A stretch of 24,000 nucleotides of DNA from Rhizobium leguminosarum bv. viciae USDA 2370 (GCF_002008365.1 NZ_MRDL01000036.1:151676-175675), one strand, 5' to 3'. Positions 1 through 7,751 are shown, counted from the stretch's first letter. The notes: generated by a model not told the origin, from the letters alone. Translations and numbers: made by a program.

Positions 1-361
1 TTGCTGCCAGAACACCGGCGGTTAGGAGCGGCTGGGCGCGGATCAGGCCGAGCCCGACCGTTGCCAGCGATTCCACCGCAGCACGGCGTTCACGGGCGCG
101 GCGTGCTTCCCGGGTGTTGATGATCGACATCGCGACCAGGGCGATGATGGCGATCAGCAGCGCGCAGGCGGCCAGGAAGAGGGCAGCCCCGACTGGGCCG
201 TAGATGGCGGCGAGCCAGATGGCGCCTGCGGTGACGGCCAGCGCGTAGGCGGTGAGAAGGAAGAGCACGGCAAGCGCAATGAAGATGCTATTGCGCTTGG
301 CGCGCACAACGGTCCGGTGCACGCTTGCGCCCGTCAGCAGGCTGAGGATCGAAAACAGCAT
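1..361 (-). CDS. Membrane protein, tentatively YqjE/phage-holin-3_6-like; C-terminus lies outside the window
   Basis: ATG at 361-359 with GAGGAAG 5 nt upstream, overlapping the stop of the upstream DUF883 gene. The frame stays open to position 2, so it is absent from the ORF track. Translation MLFSILSLLTGASVHRTVVRAKRNSIFIALAVLFLLTAYALAVTAGAIWLAAIYGPVGAALFLAACALLIAIIALVAMSII... is dominated by hydrophobic helices. The pairing with a DUF883 gene mirrors E. coli yqjD-yqjE. Confidence 0.55.
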   Translation of the reverse strand, partial: MLFSILSLLTGASVHRTVVRAKRNSIFIALAVLFLLTAYALAVTAGAIWLAAIYGPVGAALFLAACALLIAIIALVAMSIINTREARRARERRAAVESLATVGLGLIRAQPLLTAGVLAA

Positions 362-370
362 CGCGCTTCC

Positions 371-715
371 TCAGCGCCGGGCGAGGAAGGCGATGGCAAG
401 GCCGAAAGCGGCTGCGGCGCCGATGGTTGCCAGCGGATGCTTGCGTACGGTATCGCGCATTTCCGTCGCGCCGCGCTCATAGCCGTGCTGCAATTCGCGC
501 AGCAGATCCTCGCTGCGGCCAAGCAGTTCTTCGTAGCCGGCGCCGGCCTGGCTGCGGATTTTCTCGCCTTGGTGGCGCGAGCTCTTGCCGACGAGGCGCG
601 TCAGTTCCGCGAGTTCATCGCGCAGCGCCTCGATCTGCTCCTCGATGCCGGATTCCAGATTGTGGAAGGTGCCGTTGCGGCGGCTGCGGGCGGACTGGAA
701 GATAGAATAGCTCAT
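371..715 (-). CDS. DUF883 / ElaB-YqjD family stress-associated, C-tail-anchored membrane protein (114 aa)
   Basis: I chose the internal ATG at 715 (MSYSIFQ...) because GGAGA lies just upstream; the 371..805 ORF is an over-extension. The body is a charged coiled-coil-like segment ending in a hydrophobic anchor, HPLATIGAAAAFGLAIAFLARR, typical of the family. Confidence 0.8.
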   Translation of the reverse strand: MSYSIFQSARSRRNGTFHNLESGIEEQIEALRDELAELTRLVGKSSRHQGEKIRSQAGAGYEELLGRSEDLLRELQHGYERGATEMRDTVRKHPLATIGAAAAFGLAIAFLARR

Positions 716-824
716 GGCTGTCTCCATTGGCTGGGGCGCGCGCAAGCCCGCCTGTTTCGCACGAGGGTCACCACCGTCCGTTGCATGAATGATATCGCCC
801 GGCATTGACCCAGATCATGCCAAA

Positions 825-849
825 AACGTGCCGGACGATCAAAAGTTCC
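825..849 (-). promoter_or_regulatory. EcfG (general stress sigma) type promoter, GGAAC-N16-CGTT
   Basis: The minus strand reads GGAAC ttttgatcgtccggca CGTT. GTTCC is at 845-849 and AACG at 825-828 on the plus strand. It sits about 110 nt upstream of the DUF883 start and exactly matches the alphaproteobacterial EcfG/RpoE2 consensus. Confidence 0.5.
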
Positions 850-862
850 GCCGGAGCAGTGC

Positions 863-1657
863 TCAGGGGCGGGAAACGGCACTGTGGGCGAGCACGAAGG
901 GCGTACCGTCGGCCGGCACTTGGTTGATGCGCAGCGCGCAACCGAAGACCGAGAGCATCGTTTCGTCCGTCAGCACCTCAACGATGCTGCCGGCGGCCGC
1001 GAGCCGGCCGGATTTCATCAGCACGATGCGGTCGGCAAAGAGCGCCGTCAGATTGAGATCGTGCATGACGGCGATGACACCGCCGCCGCGTTCGCAGAAA
1101 TTGCGCGCGAGCGTCATGATGGTCAACTGGTGGCTGATGTCGAGGCTCGAGACCGGTTCGTCGAGCAGTAGCCAGCAGGGCTTACCGTCGACGACGGGCT
1201 CGGCGATCTGGCAGAGAACGCGGGCAAGCTGCACACGCTGCTGCTCGCCGCCGGAGAGCTCCTGATAGAAACGGCCTTCGAAGCCGGTCAAGTCGACGGA
1301 GGCTAGTGCTGCGGCGGCCGTCTGCTCGGCCTTGTCGGGATGCAGGTTGAGGCCTGATGTCAGGCCCATGCGGACGATCTCGCGCACGGTAAAGGGAAAG
1401 GAGATGGTGCTCGCCTGCGGCAGCACACCACGAATGGCGGCAAGCTGCCAGGGTTTCAGCCCCTTCACCTCGTCGCCGCCGATGCGCACCGAGCCGCCAT
1501 AGGCAAGTTCGCCGGAGATGGCTTTCATCGTCGTCGTCTTACCGGAGCCGTTCGGCCCGGCAATCGCCGTCAGTTCGCCGGCCTTTGCCGTGAAGGCGAC
1601 GTCGCTGATGATGGTCTTGCCGGAAAGGCGCACGGAGACGCCGGAAACTTCGATCAT
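863..1657 (-). CDS. hmuV: Haemin ABC transporter ATP-binding protein
   Basis: 264 aa. Walker A GPNGSGKTT, signature LSGGEQQRV, Walker B LLLDEP. Last gene of an hmuPSTUV-ordered cluster. Confidence 0.9.
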   Translation of the reverse strand: MIEVSGVSVRLSGKTIISDVAFTAKAGELTAIAGPNGSGKTTTMKAISGELAYGGSVRIGGDEVKGLKPWQLAAIRGVLPQASTISFPFTVREIVRMGLTSGLNLHPDKAEQTAAAALASVDLTGFEGRFYQELSGGEQQRVQLARVLCQIAEPVVDGKPCWLLLDEPVSSLDISHQLTIMTLARNFCERGGGVIAVMHDLNLTALFADRIVLMKSGRLAAAGSIVEVLTDETMLSVFGCALRINQVPADGTPFVLAHSAVSRP

Positions 1658-1663
1658 CTAAAT

Positions 1664-1701
1664 GTCACTCACGGGGTCACTCACCGGGGTCACTCACAGG
1701 G
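1664..1701. repeat. Three tandem copies of GTCACTCAC with G-rich 3-4 nt spacers, at the hmuU-hmuV junction
   Basis: Direct reading: gtcactcac ggg gtcactcac cggg gtcactcac aggg. Copies start at 1664, 1676 and 1689. The third copy contains the hmuU stop codon at 1694-1696. Confidence 0.85.
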
Positions 1702-2806
1702 CAAGGCGCGAACGCTGCCTCAGCAGGATCCATAGGAAGAACGGGCCGCCGACCGCCGCGGTGATGATGCCGATCGGCAGTTCGGCCGGGGCAACCAGGG
1801 TGCGCGCCAGGACATCCGCGAAGATCAGCAGAGAGCCGCCGAGCAGTGCTGCGGCCGGCAGCAGGAAACGATGGTCGGGGCCGATCGCCATACGCAGGAT
1901 ATGCGGCACGACGATCCCGACGAAACCGATACCGCCGCTGACGGCGACGGACGCGCCGGTCGCCGCGGCGACGCCGACGATCGCGACATTCTTCAGCCGC
2001 TGCACCGGCACGCCCATATGAAAGGCGGCCGCCTCGCCGAGCGTGATGGCATTGAGGCCGCGGGCCATGAAGGGCAGGGCGGTGAAGGACAACAGGATGA
2101 TCGGGCTGGCGGCAGCGATCTTCGTCCATGTGGCGCCGGCAAGCGAGCCCATGCTCCAGAAGGTCAGGTCGCGCAGCTGCTGGTCGTTGGCCATGTAGAT
2201 CAGCAAGCCTGTTATGGCGAGGGCGAGCGCACCGAGCGCGATGCCGGCAAGCAGCATTGTCGCAACCGAGGTCTGACCATGACGGGTGGCGATCCTGTAG
2301 AGCAGTAGCGTCGTGACGAGGCCGCCGCCGAAAGCGGCCGCCGGCAGAGCGTAGATGCCGAGAAGCGCCTGGAGCGGAGCTGCAAGGCCGCTGCCGAGCA
2401 CGATCATCGCGACCGCGCCGAGGCTTGCGCCGGAGGAGACGCCGACCAGGCCGGGATCGGCCAGCGGATTGCGGAACAGGCCCTGCATCACCGTGCCGGA
2501 GACGGCCAGCGAGGCGCCGATCAGGAAGCCAAGAATCGCCCTGGGCAGGCGGATATCGAAGATGATGATCCGGTCACGCGTGCTGAGCGCCGTCTCAGAG
2601 CCGGCCATGTTGCTGATGACGTCGAGGATCGAGGCATCCGAGGCGCCTGTCGTCACCGAAAACAGCATCGAAAAGACCGAGCCGGCGACGAGCAGCGCGA
2701 TCGCCAGCAAGGCGAGCCGCGTCCTGTCGCCCGCCTGCCTGATTTCGCGGATGTCCGCCATCGGGAATGGTCGCCTTCGTTCCGCCATGGCTTGCGGCAG
2801 GGCCAT
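1694..2806 (-). CDS. hmuU: Haemin ABC transporter permease (FecCD/BtuC family)
   Basis: 370 aa, polytopic and hydrophobic, with the family-typical GGIGFVGIVVPHILR segment. The ATG at 2806 lies 2 nt after the hmuT stop, with GGGGG upstream. Confidence 0.9.
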   Translation of the reverse strand: MALPQAMAERRRPFPMADIREIRQAGDRTRLALLAIALLVAGSVFSMLFSVTTGASDASILDVISNMAGSETALSTRDRIIIFDIRLPRAILGFLIGASLAVSGTVMQGLFRNPLADPGLVGVSSGASLGAVAMIVLGSGLAAPLQALLGIYALPAAAFGGGLVTTLLLYRIATRHGQTSVATMLLAGIALGALALAITGLLIYMANDQQLRDLTFWSMGSLAGATWTKIAAASPIILLSFTALPFMARGLNAITLGEAAAFHMGVPVQRLKNVAIVGVAAATGASVAVSGGIGFVGIVVPHILRMAIGPDHRFLLPAAALLGGSLLIFADVLARTLVAPAELPIGIITAAVGGPFFLWILLRQRSRLAL

Positions 2807-2808
2807 GA

Positions 2809-3738
2809 TCAGCCCCCGTAGATCGCCGAGTTGAGCTCACGTGCGGCGGCTGCGGTGCGCGGGCCGAAGCCGAGCAGGTAGACGCCGTCCATTCGGATGA
2901 TCGCTTTTTTCTCGCCTGCCGGCGTCAGCACGATCGCCGGCTGAGCCAGCAGGTCCTCGTTCTTGGTACCGGCGCCATCGCCGCGGTTCATCATCAGGAT
3001 GATATCGGGCTTGGCTTCGATGATCGCCTCGTCCGTCAGCGGCTTATAGCCCGGGAATGCGCCGACGGCGTTGATGGCGCCGGCGAGCTTGACGATCCCA
3101 TCGGCGGCCGTGCCGGTGCCCGATGCCATGATCCGGCCGTTCTGGGCGCTGAGGATGAAGAGAACGCGCTTGCGTTCGGCCTCCGGGCGCTTTTCGGCAT
3201 CGGCGATCGCCGCGTCGAGATCGGCCGCGACCTTTTCTTCAAGTGCCTTCGCCTTGTCGGGCACGCCAAGCAGCGTGCCGACACGGTCGATCTTGGCGAT
3301 GATACCGTCGCGGGTAAAGGCGCTCGGCACGGTTTCGAAGGGCACGCTGGCATTCTTCAGCACGGTCAGCGCCTCCTGCGGGCCTGAACCGTCGACGGCG
3401 ATGATCGCCGTCGGGTTCATGGCGAGGATGCCTTCCGGCGAGAGCGCGCGCATGTAACCGACGTTGGGCAGCTTCAACGCCGCCTCCGGATACATGCTCG
3501 TCGTGTCGCGGGCAATCAGCCGGCTTTCTTCGCCGAGCGCATAGACGATCTCGGTGATGTCGCCACCGACCGAAACCAGGCGCGAGGTGTCGAGCTTCTT
3601 TTCGTCAGCGTGGGCGGCGCGGACGAAGGCGAAGCCTTCGATTGGGCGCGCCGTCGGGATCAGCGGCAGCGCCATGACGGCCGCCGTCAGGGCCAGTTCC
3701 CAAGGGCGGATCCGGCGCAGATTGTTACGCATCGTCAT
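2809..3738 (-). CDS. hmuT: Periplasmic haemin-binding protein of the ABC transporter
   Basis: Start moved to the ATG at 3738, with AAGGA upstream and 11 nt after the hmuS stop. This gives MTMRNNLRRIRPWELALTAAVMALPLIP..., a signal-peptide-like N-terminus. The ORF-track form (to 3987) would overlap hmuS by about 240 nt and is R/G-rich junk. Confidence 0.85.
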   Translation of the reverse strand: MTMRNNLRRIRPWELALTAAVMALPLIPTARPIEGFAFVRAAHADEKKLDTSRLVSVGGDITEIVYALGEESRLIARDTTSMYPEAALKLPNVGYMRALSPEGILAMNPTAIIAVDGSGPQEALTVLKNASVPFETVPSAFTRDGIIAKIDRVGTLLGVPDKAKALEEKVAADLDAAIADAEKRPEAERKRVLFILSAQNGRIMASGTGTAADGIVKLAGAINAVGAFPGYKPLTDEAIIEAKPDIILMMNRGDGAGTKNEDLLAQPAIVLTPAGEKKAIIRMDGVYLLGFGPRTAAAARELNSAIYGG

Positions 3739-3749
3739 CGTTGCGATCC

Positions 3750-4799
3750 TTATGCGGCCACGCTTGCTGCCCGCGGCAGGTTTTCCATGATCTCGCGCCA
3801 TGCGGCGCGTTCGTCGGAACCTTCCTGCCGCTTGCCGAAGAACTGGATGATCATCTCGCCTTCTGCGTTGTAAGCCTCCAGCGAGGTGACGTGGCCGTCC
3901 GTGGTCGGCTTGCGCACGGCCCAGGTCTCGGCGATGTGATCCTGGCGCAGATGCAGGTGGAAAGTCGGGTCCATGATATTGATCCACGGGCCCATCGACT
4001 GCACGTTGAAGATCGGGCCGGAATGGATCTGGACGATGCCGTCATTGGCGACAAAGCACATGATCGGCAGGCCAGATTTCACAGAGGCATGCATCATCTC
4101 TGCCGTTGCGCTGTTGTCGAGCCTCCAGGCATAGTCGTCGCCGACAGTGCGCACCGCCGCCTGGCGGCCGATCTTCAGGCGCTTCAGCATGCCGAAGAAC
4201 TGATGCGTATCGGTGAGCTTGCTCCAGTTGTCGCGCAGTTCGTCGCGGCTGACGTCGGCAGTATCATCGGCGGCGTTCGAGGTTTCAGCCTCGACAAATT
4301 CCTGCGATTGGTCTTCCAGCTTCAACTCGGCGACGATCGCGTGATAGGCCTCGACATTCGAGCTCGGGCGCAGGTGCACCTTGTGCACGGCGTTGCCTGT
4401 TTTGTCGAAATATTGCAGGCTGAGGCGCTCCTGGTCGCCATCCTTCTTGGATACGGCGAAACCATGCTCCCAGCGGCTCGGGAAGATGCGCAGGTCGATA
4501 TTCTCGCCGAGAACGATCGCGGCCTGCGCACCGCTCTTGATGTTTTCGAAGACACCGATCTTCTCGTGCACGGCACTTTCGTTGCGCGACAGCGCCATCA
4601 CTTCGCCGAGGCCGGCCACGCGTTCGAGAAGCTTCAGTGCGCTGCCATCGATGCGGGTCACGCTGATGCCGGTTTCGGCGGCGACGAGGGCTGCCTCGGA
4701 AATCTTCAGCTGCGCGGCGATATCGCGCTCGCGCATTTTCGGATTCTCGGCGCGAAACGTACGGATTTCGGCTGGCGCCGGTCTTGTCTGTTCGGTCAT
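3750..4799 (-). CDS. hmuS: Cytoplasmic haemin-degrading/chaperone protein (HemS/ChuS/ShuS family)
   Basis: 349 aa, with family-typical size and position between hmuP and hmuT. Recognised by overall sequence character and context; not searched. Confidence 0.85.
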   Translation of the reverse strand: MTEQTRPAPAEIRTFRAENPKMRERDIAAQLKISEAALVAAETGISVTRIDGSALKLLERVAGLGEVMALSRNESAVHEKIGVFENIKSGAQAAIVLGENIDLRIFPSRWEHGFAVSKKDGDQERLSLQYFDKTGNAVHKVHLRPSSNVEAYHAIVAELKLEDQSQEFVEAETSNAADDTADVSRDELRDNWSKLTDTHQFFGMLKRLKIGRQAAVRTVGDDYAWRLDNSATAEMMHASVKSGLPIMCFVANDGIVQIHSGPIFNVQSMGPWINIMDPTFHLHLRQDHIAETWAVRKPTTDGHVTSLEAYNAEGEMIIQFFGKRQEGSDERAAWREIMENLPRAASVAA

Positions 4800-4807
4800 G
4801 TCCTACC

Positions 4808-4990
4808 CTACTTATTGAGAATGAGCTTGCCCTGACGGGTGATCTTCAGGCGATAGACCAAGCCGTCGTGTCTAATCATGATCTCGTTCGTGCCGCGGAA
4901 GAGATCCGCGCTTTCGACGATCCGGTGCTGCGCCGCAGGCTCGCTCTGCAGCGGCACGTGCTTAAAGTTATCTGGCTTTTCAACCATCAT
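4808..4990 (-). CDS. hmuP: HemP/HmuP small haemin-uptake protein
   Basis: The C-terminus, LFRGTNEIMIRHDGLVYRLKITRQGKLILNK, is the HemP signature. The start is uncertain. I favour ATG 4990 (60 aa) over the TTG at 5044, because the TTG abuts the candidate operator at 5051. Confidence 0.7.
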   Translation of the reverse strand: MMVEKPDNFKHVPLQSEPAAQHRIVESADLFRGTNEIMIRHDGLVYRLKITRQGKLILNK

Positions 4991-5050
4991 TTCAGTTGGC
5001 AATTCCGCGAGACCGGTGATCAGGGTCCCCGGTTGTGATGACAATTATCT

Positions 5051-5065
5051 TGACTTTCTTACTCA
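5051..5065. promoter_or_regulatory. IRO-like box (TGA-N9-TCA), candidate RirA operator
   Basis: TGACTTTCTTACTCA lies in the AT-rich hmuP / secreted-protein-tonB divergent intergenic region. The motif has low information content. Confidence 0.4.
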
Positions 5066-5088
5066 TAGTTTTTTAAAGACGCAATAGG

Positions 5089-5103
5089 AGACTAATATAG
5101 TCA
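5089..5103. promoter_or_regulatory. Second IRO-like box (AGA-N9-TCA) with internal palindrome GACTA-ATA-TAGTC
   Basis: AGACTAATATAGTCA. It has one mismatch to TGA-N9-TCA but a 5-3-5 perfect inner palindrome. Confidence 0.35.
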
Positions 5104-5151
5104 AGTTTTTGAGATTGCTGATATGAAGCCGCCTGGCGGCGGTTCGCGACA

Positions 5152-5589
5152 ATGGCGGAGAAGATGATGACGGTTAGGTTTGCGGCTGTTGCAGCCGGCG
5201 TGGTGATGGCGGTTTCAAGCGTATGCCAGGCGCAGGATGCCGCAACCGCCAAGCTGGATGTCGAACTCAACGCTTTGGCGCCGTCGCAAAAGGGCTGCAT
5301 GATGACCTTCGTCGCCGAGAACAATCTTCAGGCGCCGATCAGCAAGATCTCCTTCGAGCTCGCTTTCTTCAACGACAAGAATGCCGTCGACCGCATCACC
5401 GTGCTCGATTTCCGCGATCTGCCGCAGGGCAAGAAGCGCGTGCGCCAGTTCGATATGCCGAATGTGAAGTGCGAGACGGTCACGCGCATCATCATCAACG
5501 ACACGCCGGTCTGCGACGGCCCGGCGACGGGCGAATGCATGAAGGGTCTTGTTACCCGTTCACAGATTTCCGTTCCCTTCGAGGGCTAA
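5152..5589 (+). CDS. Small secreted protein of unknown function (4 Cys in the mature part), upstream of tonB
   Basis: Signal-peptide-like N-terminus MMTVRFAAVAAGVVMAVSSVCQA/QD. GGAG at 5157-5160 favours the ATG at 5164 or 5167 as the true start. Codon usage is host-like. The position corresponds to the ORF I recall upstream of R. leguminosarum tonB. Confidence 0.7.
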   Translation: MAEKMMTVRFAAVAAGVVMAVSSVCQAQDAATAKLDVELNALAPSQKGCMMTFVAENNLQAPISKISFELAFFNDKNAVDRITVLDFRDLPQGKKRVRQFDMPNVKCETVTRIIINDTPVCDGPATGECMKGLVTRSQISVPFEG

Positions 5590-5644
5590 GAATACGCTGG
5601 GAATGAATCCCGGCGGGCATGGTCAGACTGTCCGAGGCATACAA

Positions 5645-6967
5645 ATGGCAATTTCAGCGAAGTCCAGATCGAGACAGGTGCTCATCGGGGAGCCGGACGC
5701 TGACGGCAGTCTGAACGACAATAACATGCATCCCGGCCACGAGCTTTCCGACCTGCGCAATGTGCAGCGGCAGCCGGCTGGCGAGGCGGTGGTCCACTAT
5801 GCGCGTTTCGCGCAGATACCCGCCTTTCCCGATCATCCGGAAGCCGAGCCGATAGCCTCCGTTCCTGCGCCGCCGATCGATGCGGCGGTGGAAAAGCAGG
5901 AGGACGAGAAGAAGCCGGTGCGGCGACGGGTGGCGCTGACTTGTATTGGTTCGTTCTTTTTTCATGCGGGTCTGGTGGTTGCTCTTAGCGTGTTCATGCC
6001 GACGCCGCCGAACGAAGCGATTGAAGATGCTGGTGAGGCTGTCAGCGTCGTCGTGTATGGCGACTCTGACGTTGACCAGACATCGGCCGGCGATCCAGAG
6101 TTACAGCGCCAGCCCGAGCAAGTTGCCTCGGAGGAGGTTGAGCCGGATACAGTTCAATCGGAGGAGGCCACCGAACTAAATGCCACGACCGTGCCGCCGG
6201 AGCAGGCCCAGCCGGTCGAAACTGAAACGATGGAGACCGTTCAGTCGGTGCAGGAAGTTACGCGGGTTTCCCCTGAGGCCGTTGTTGCCGCCGAGCCAGA
6301 GGTGCTTGTCTCCGAGAGCCCTGCAGAATCTTTCGTCGCTCAGCCGATGGCAACGGCTGTGCCCGAACAGCCCATGCCTGATATCGCGCAGGCAACAGTA
6401 CCGGAAGAAGTAGTGCCAACGGCTGTCCAGCCCACCGCAGTTCCGCCGGAAGAAGTAAAGACTGTCGAAGTGTCGCCGGAACCTGAAGACAAACCGAAGC
6501 CGAAGGCTGAAAAACCGAAACCCGTTGAAAAGAAGCAGTCTCAGAAGAGGGCCAAGCCTGCTGGTGGGAAAGAGGGCTCAGATCGTGAGGACTCGACGAG
6601 GGGCACGGTGAACGGCCAGCACGGGCCGCAAACTGACGGCACGTCAACCACGACAGGCGGAACTGATGGTATGGGAAGTGCTGCCGTAGCCAACTACCCT
6701 GGTAAGATACAGAAGCGGATCCGTCGCGCTGTTCGCGTGCCTGATGAATACAAAAACAAGAGCGACGGTATGACGGTAAGGATTCAATTGACGATTAACG
6801 GAACAGGCAGGGTAGCGTCGGTTTCTGTTGCTCGCAGTTCGGGTATTGCAGAGTTGGATAAAGCTGTTCTGGATGGTGTGCGGCGCGCGGCGCCGTTTCC
6901 GCCGCTACCCTCGGAGTGGGGTAAGCCTAGCTGGACTTTCACCCAGGAAGTTCAGGTCACTAGATAA
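5645..6967 (+). CDS. tonB: TonB, long form (440 aa)
   Basis: ATG 5645 has GAGG 7 nt upstream; the ORF-track start at 5549 overlaps the previous gene. Layout is a cytoplasmic extension of about 100 aa, then TM helix CIGSFFFHAGLVVALSVF with the conserved His. A long E/P/V/Q-rich spacer follows, then the KP-repeat EDKPKPKAEKPKPVEKK and a TonB C-terminal domain (YPGKIQKRIRR...VRIQLTINGTGRVASVSVARSSGIAELDKAVLDGVRRA). Confidence 0.88.
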   Translation: MAISAKSRSRQVLIGEPDADGSLNDNNMHPGHELSDLRNVQRQPAGEAVVHYARFAQIPAFPDHPEAEPIASVPAPPIDAAVEKQEDEKKPVRRRVALTCIGSFFFHAGLVVALSVFMPTPPNEAIEDAGEAVSVVVYGDSDVDQTSAGDPELQRQPEQVASEEVEPDTVQSEEATELNATTVPPEQAQPVETETMETVQSVQEVTRVSPEAVVAAEPEVLVSESPAESFVAQPMATAVPEQPMPDIAQATVPEEVVPTAVQPTAVPPEEVKTVEVSPEPEDKPKPKAEKPKPVEKKQSQKRAKPAGGKEGSDREDSTRGTVNGQHGPQTDGTSTTTGGTDGMGSAAVANYPGKIQKRIRRAVRVPDEYKNKSDGMTVRIQLTINGTGRVASVSVARSSGIAELDKAVLDGVRRAAPFPPLPSEWGKPSWTFTQEVQVTR

Positions 6968-6969
6968 TA

Positions 6970-6984
6970 TGATAAAAGTAATCA
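6970..6984. promoter_or_regulatory. IRO-like box (TGA-N9-TCA) upstream of the DUF2325 cassette
   Basis: TGATAAAAGTAATCA lies in the AT-rich 107-nt spacer between the tonB stop and ATG 7075. The motif has low information content. Confidence 0.3.
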
Positions 6985-7074
6985 ACTTTATACTTTACTC
7001 TAAAAATCAAGTTTAATAAGGTCCGCTCGCACACGCAGGAATCGTGTGACGATCAACGAGCGAACGGGTGGTAT

Positions 7075-7482
7075 ATGGCTCGCAAGGGCAAGAAGGGTTC
7101 GAACCGGGAGGTCCGCGACAGCGCGGGCGAGGACGCCGGTCAGGCATCCCTTGGGCGATCCAAACTGGATGGCCGCAGTTTCCTCTATGTCGGCGGCCGT
7201 GACTGCCAGGTGGCGCATCTTCGCCAGATCTGCAGCAATTTCGGCGCCGAGCTCATTCATCACGACGGCGGCTTACGCGAAGCGGTTTCGCGCATCGATA
7301 CCGTCCTTCCCTCGGTCGACTGCGTGTTCTGCCCGATCGACTGTATCAGCCACGATGCCTGCCTGCGCGTGAAGACCGGCTGCAAGAAGTTCGGCAAGGC
7401 CTTCATCCCGCTTCGCAACGGCAGCAAGTCCAGCCTGGAGCGTGCGCTGCAGACGATGAACGAACGAGACAATTCCCGATGA
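7075..7482 (+). CDS. DUF2325 domain protein with a C-terminal Cys cluster
   Basis: 135 aa. LYVGGR...HHDGG...DCVFCPIDCISHDACLRVKTGCKKFGKAFIPLRNGSKSSLERAL matches my recollection of the DUF2325 pattern (GG.., HHDG, DC.SH, K..C.K.gKP). GGGTGG lies upstream of the ATG. Confidence 0.75.
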   Translation: MARKGKKGSNREVRDSAGEDAGQASLGRSKLDGRSFLYVGGRDCQVAHLRQICSNFGAELIHHDGGLREAVSRIDTVLPSVDCVFCPIDCISHDACLRVKTGCKKFGKAFIPLRNGSKSSLERALQTMNERDNSR

Positions 7483-7751
7483 ACGACCAGCGCCCCGACG
7501 GCTTCACCATGATCGGCCTGCACAAGCTTGCCGCGCAGACAGGCGAGGGCCTCGTGCCCGAACTCTACGAGCTTTTCCAGCAGCATGCCGAACGCCAGCA
7601 GATCTACCAGAATGTGATGTTCTTTCCGACCTGGGAAGCGCGCATGCCCGGAGAGGTGGCAACAAGACCGCTTGGCCCGGCGGCGGCAAACGGCGATAAT
7701 GTTCTCGCCTTTCCCTCGCGTGCGGCAAGGGCGGGCAAGAGGAAGGCGTAA
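7479..7751 (+). CDS. Hypothetical protein (90 aa), translationally coupled to the DUF2325 gene
   Basis: ATGA start/stop overlap at 7479-7482. Codon usage is host-like. I recognise no family. Confidence 0.5.
   Translation: MNDQRPDGFTMIGLHKLAAQTGEGLVPELYELFQQHAERQQIYQNVMFFPTWEARMPGEVATRPLGPAAANGDNVLAFPSRAARAGKRKA

Noticed and set aside
3739-3987. N-terminal 83-aa extension of hmuT in the ORF track
   Set aside because: It overlaps hmuS by about 240 nt and is R/G/P-rich. The internal ATG at 3738 has an SD and yields a proper signal peptide.
3741-4835. 364-aa plus-strand ORF covering the whole hmuS locus
   Set aside because: It is antisense to a recognisable HemS/ChuS-family gene. The translation is Arg/Ala/Gly/His-rich with no motifs. 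It is a typical high-GC shadow ORF.
5549-5644. Upstream extension of tonB, and similar extensions at 715-805, 9336-9380, 9448-9483, 10487-10597, 14808-14849, 16048-16083, 19929-20021 and 20627-20692
   Set aside because: The extensions overlap neighbouring genes or promoter elements and lack an SD. The internal starts have an SD, an ATGA coupling or a signal peptide.
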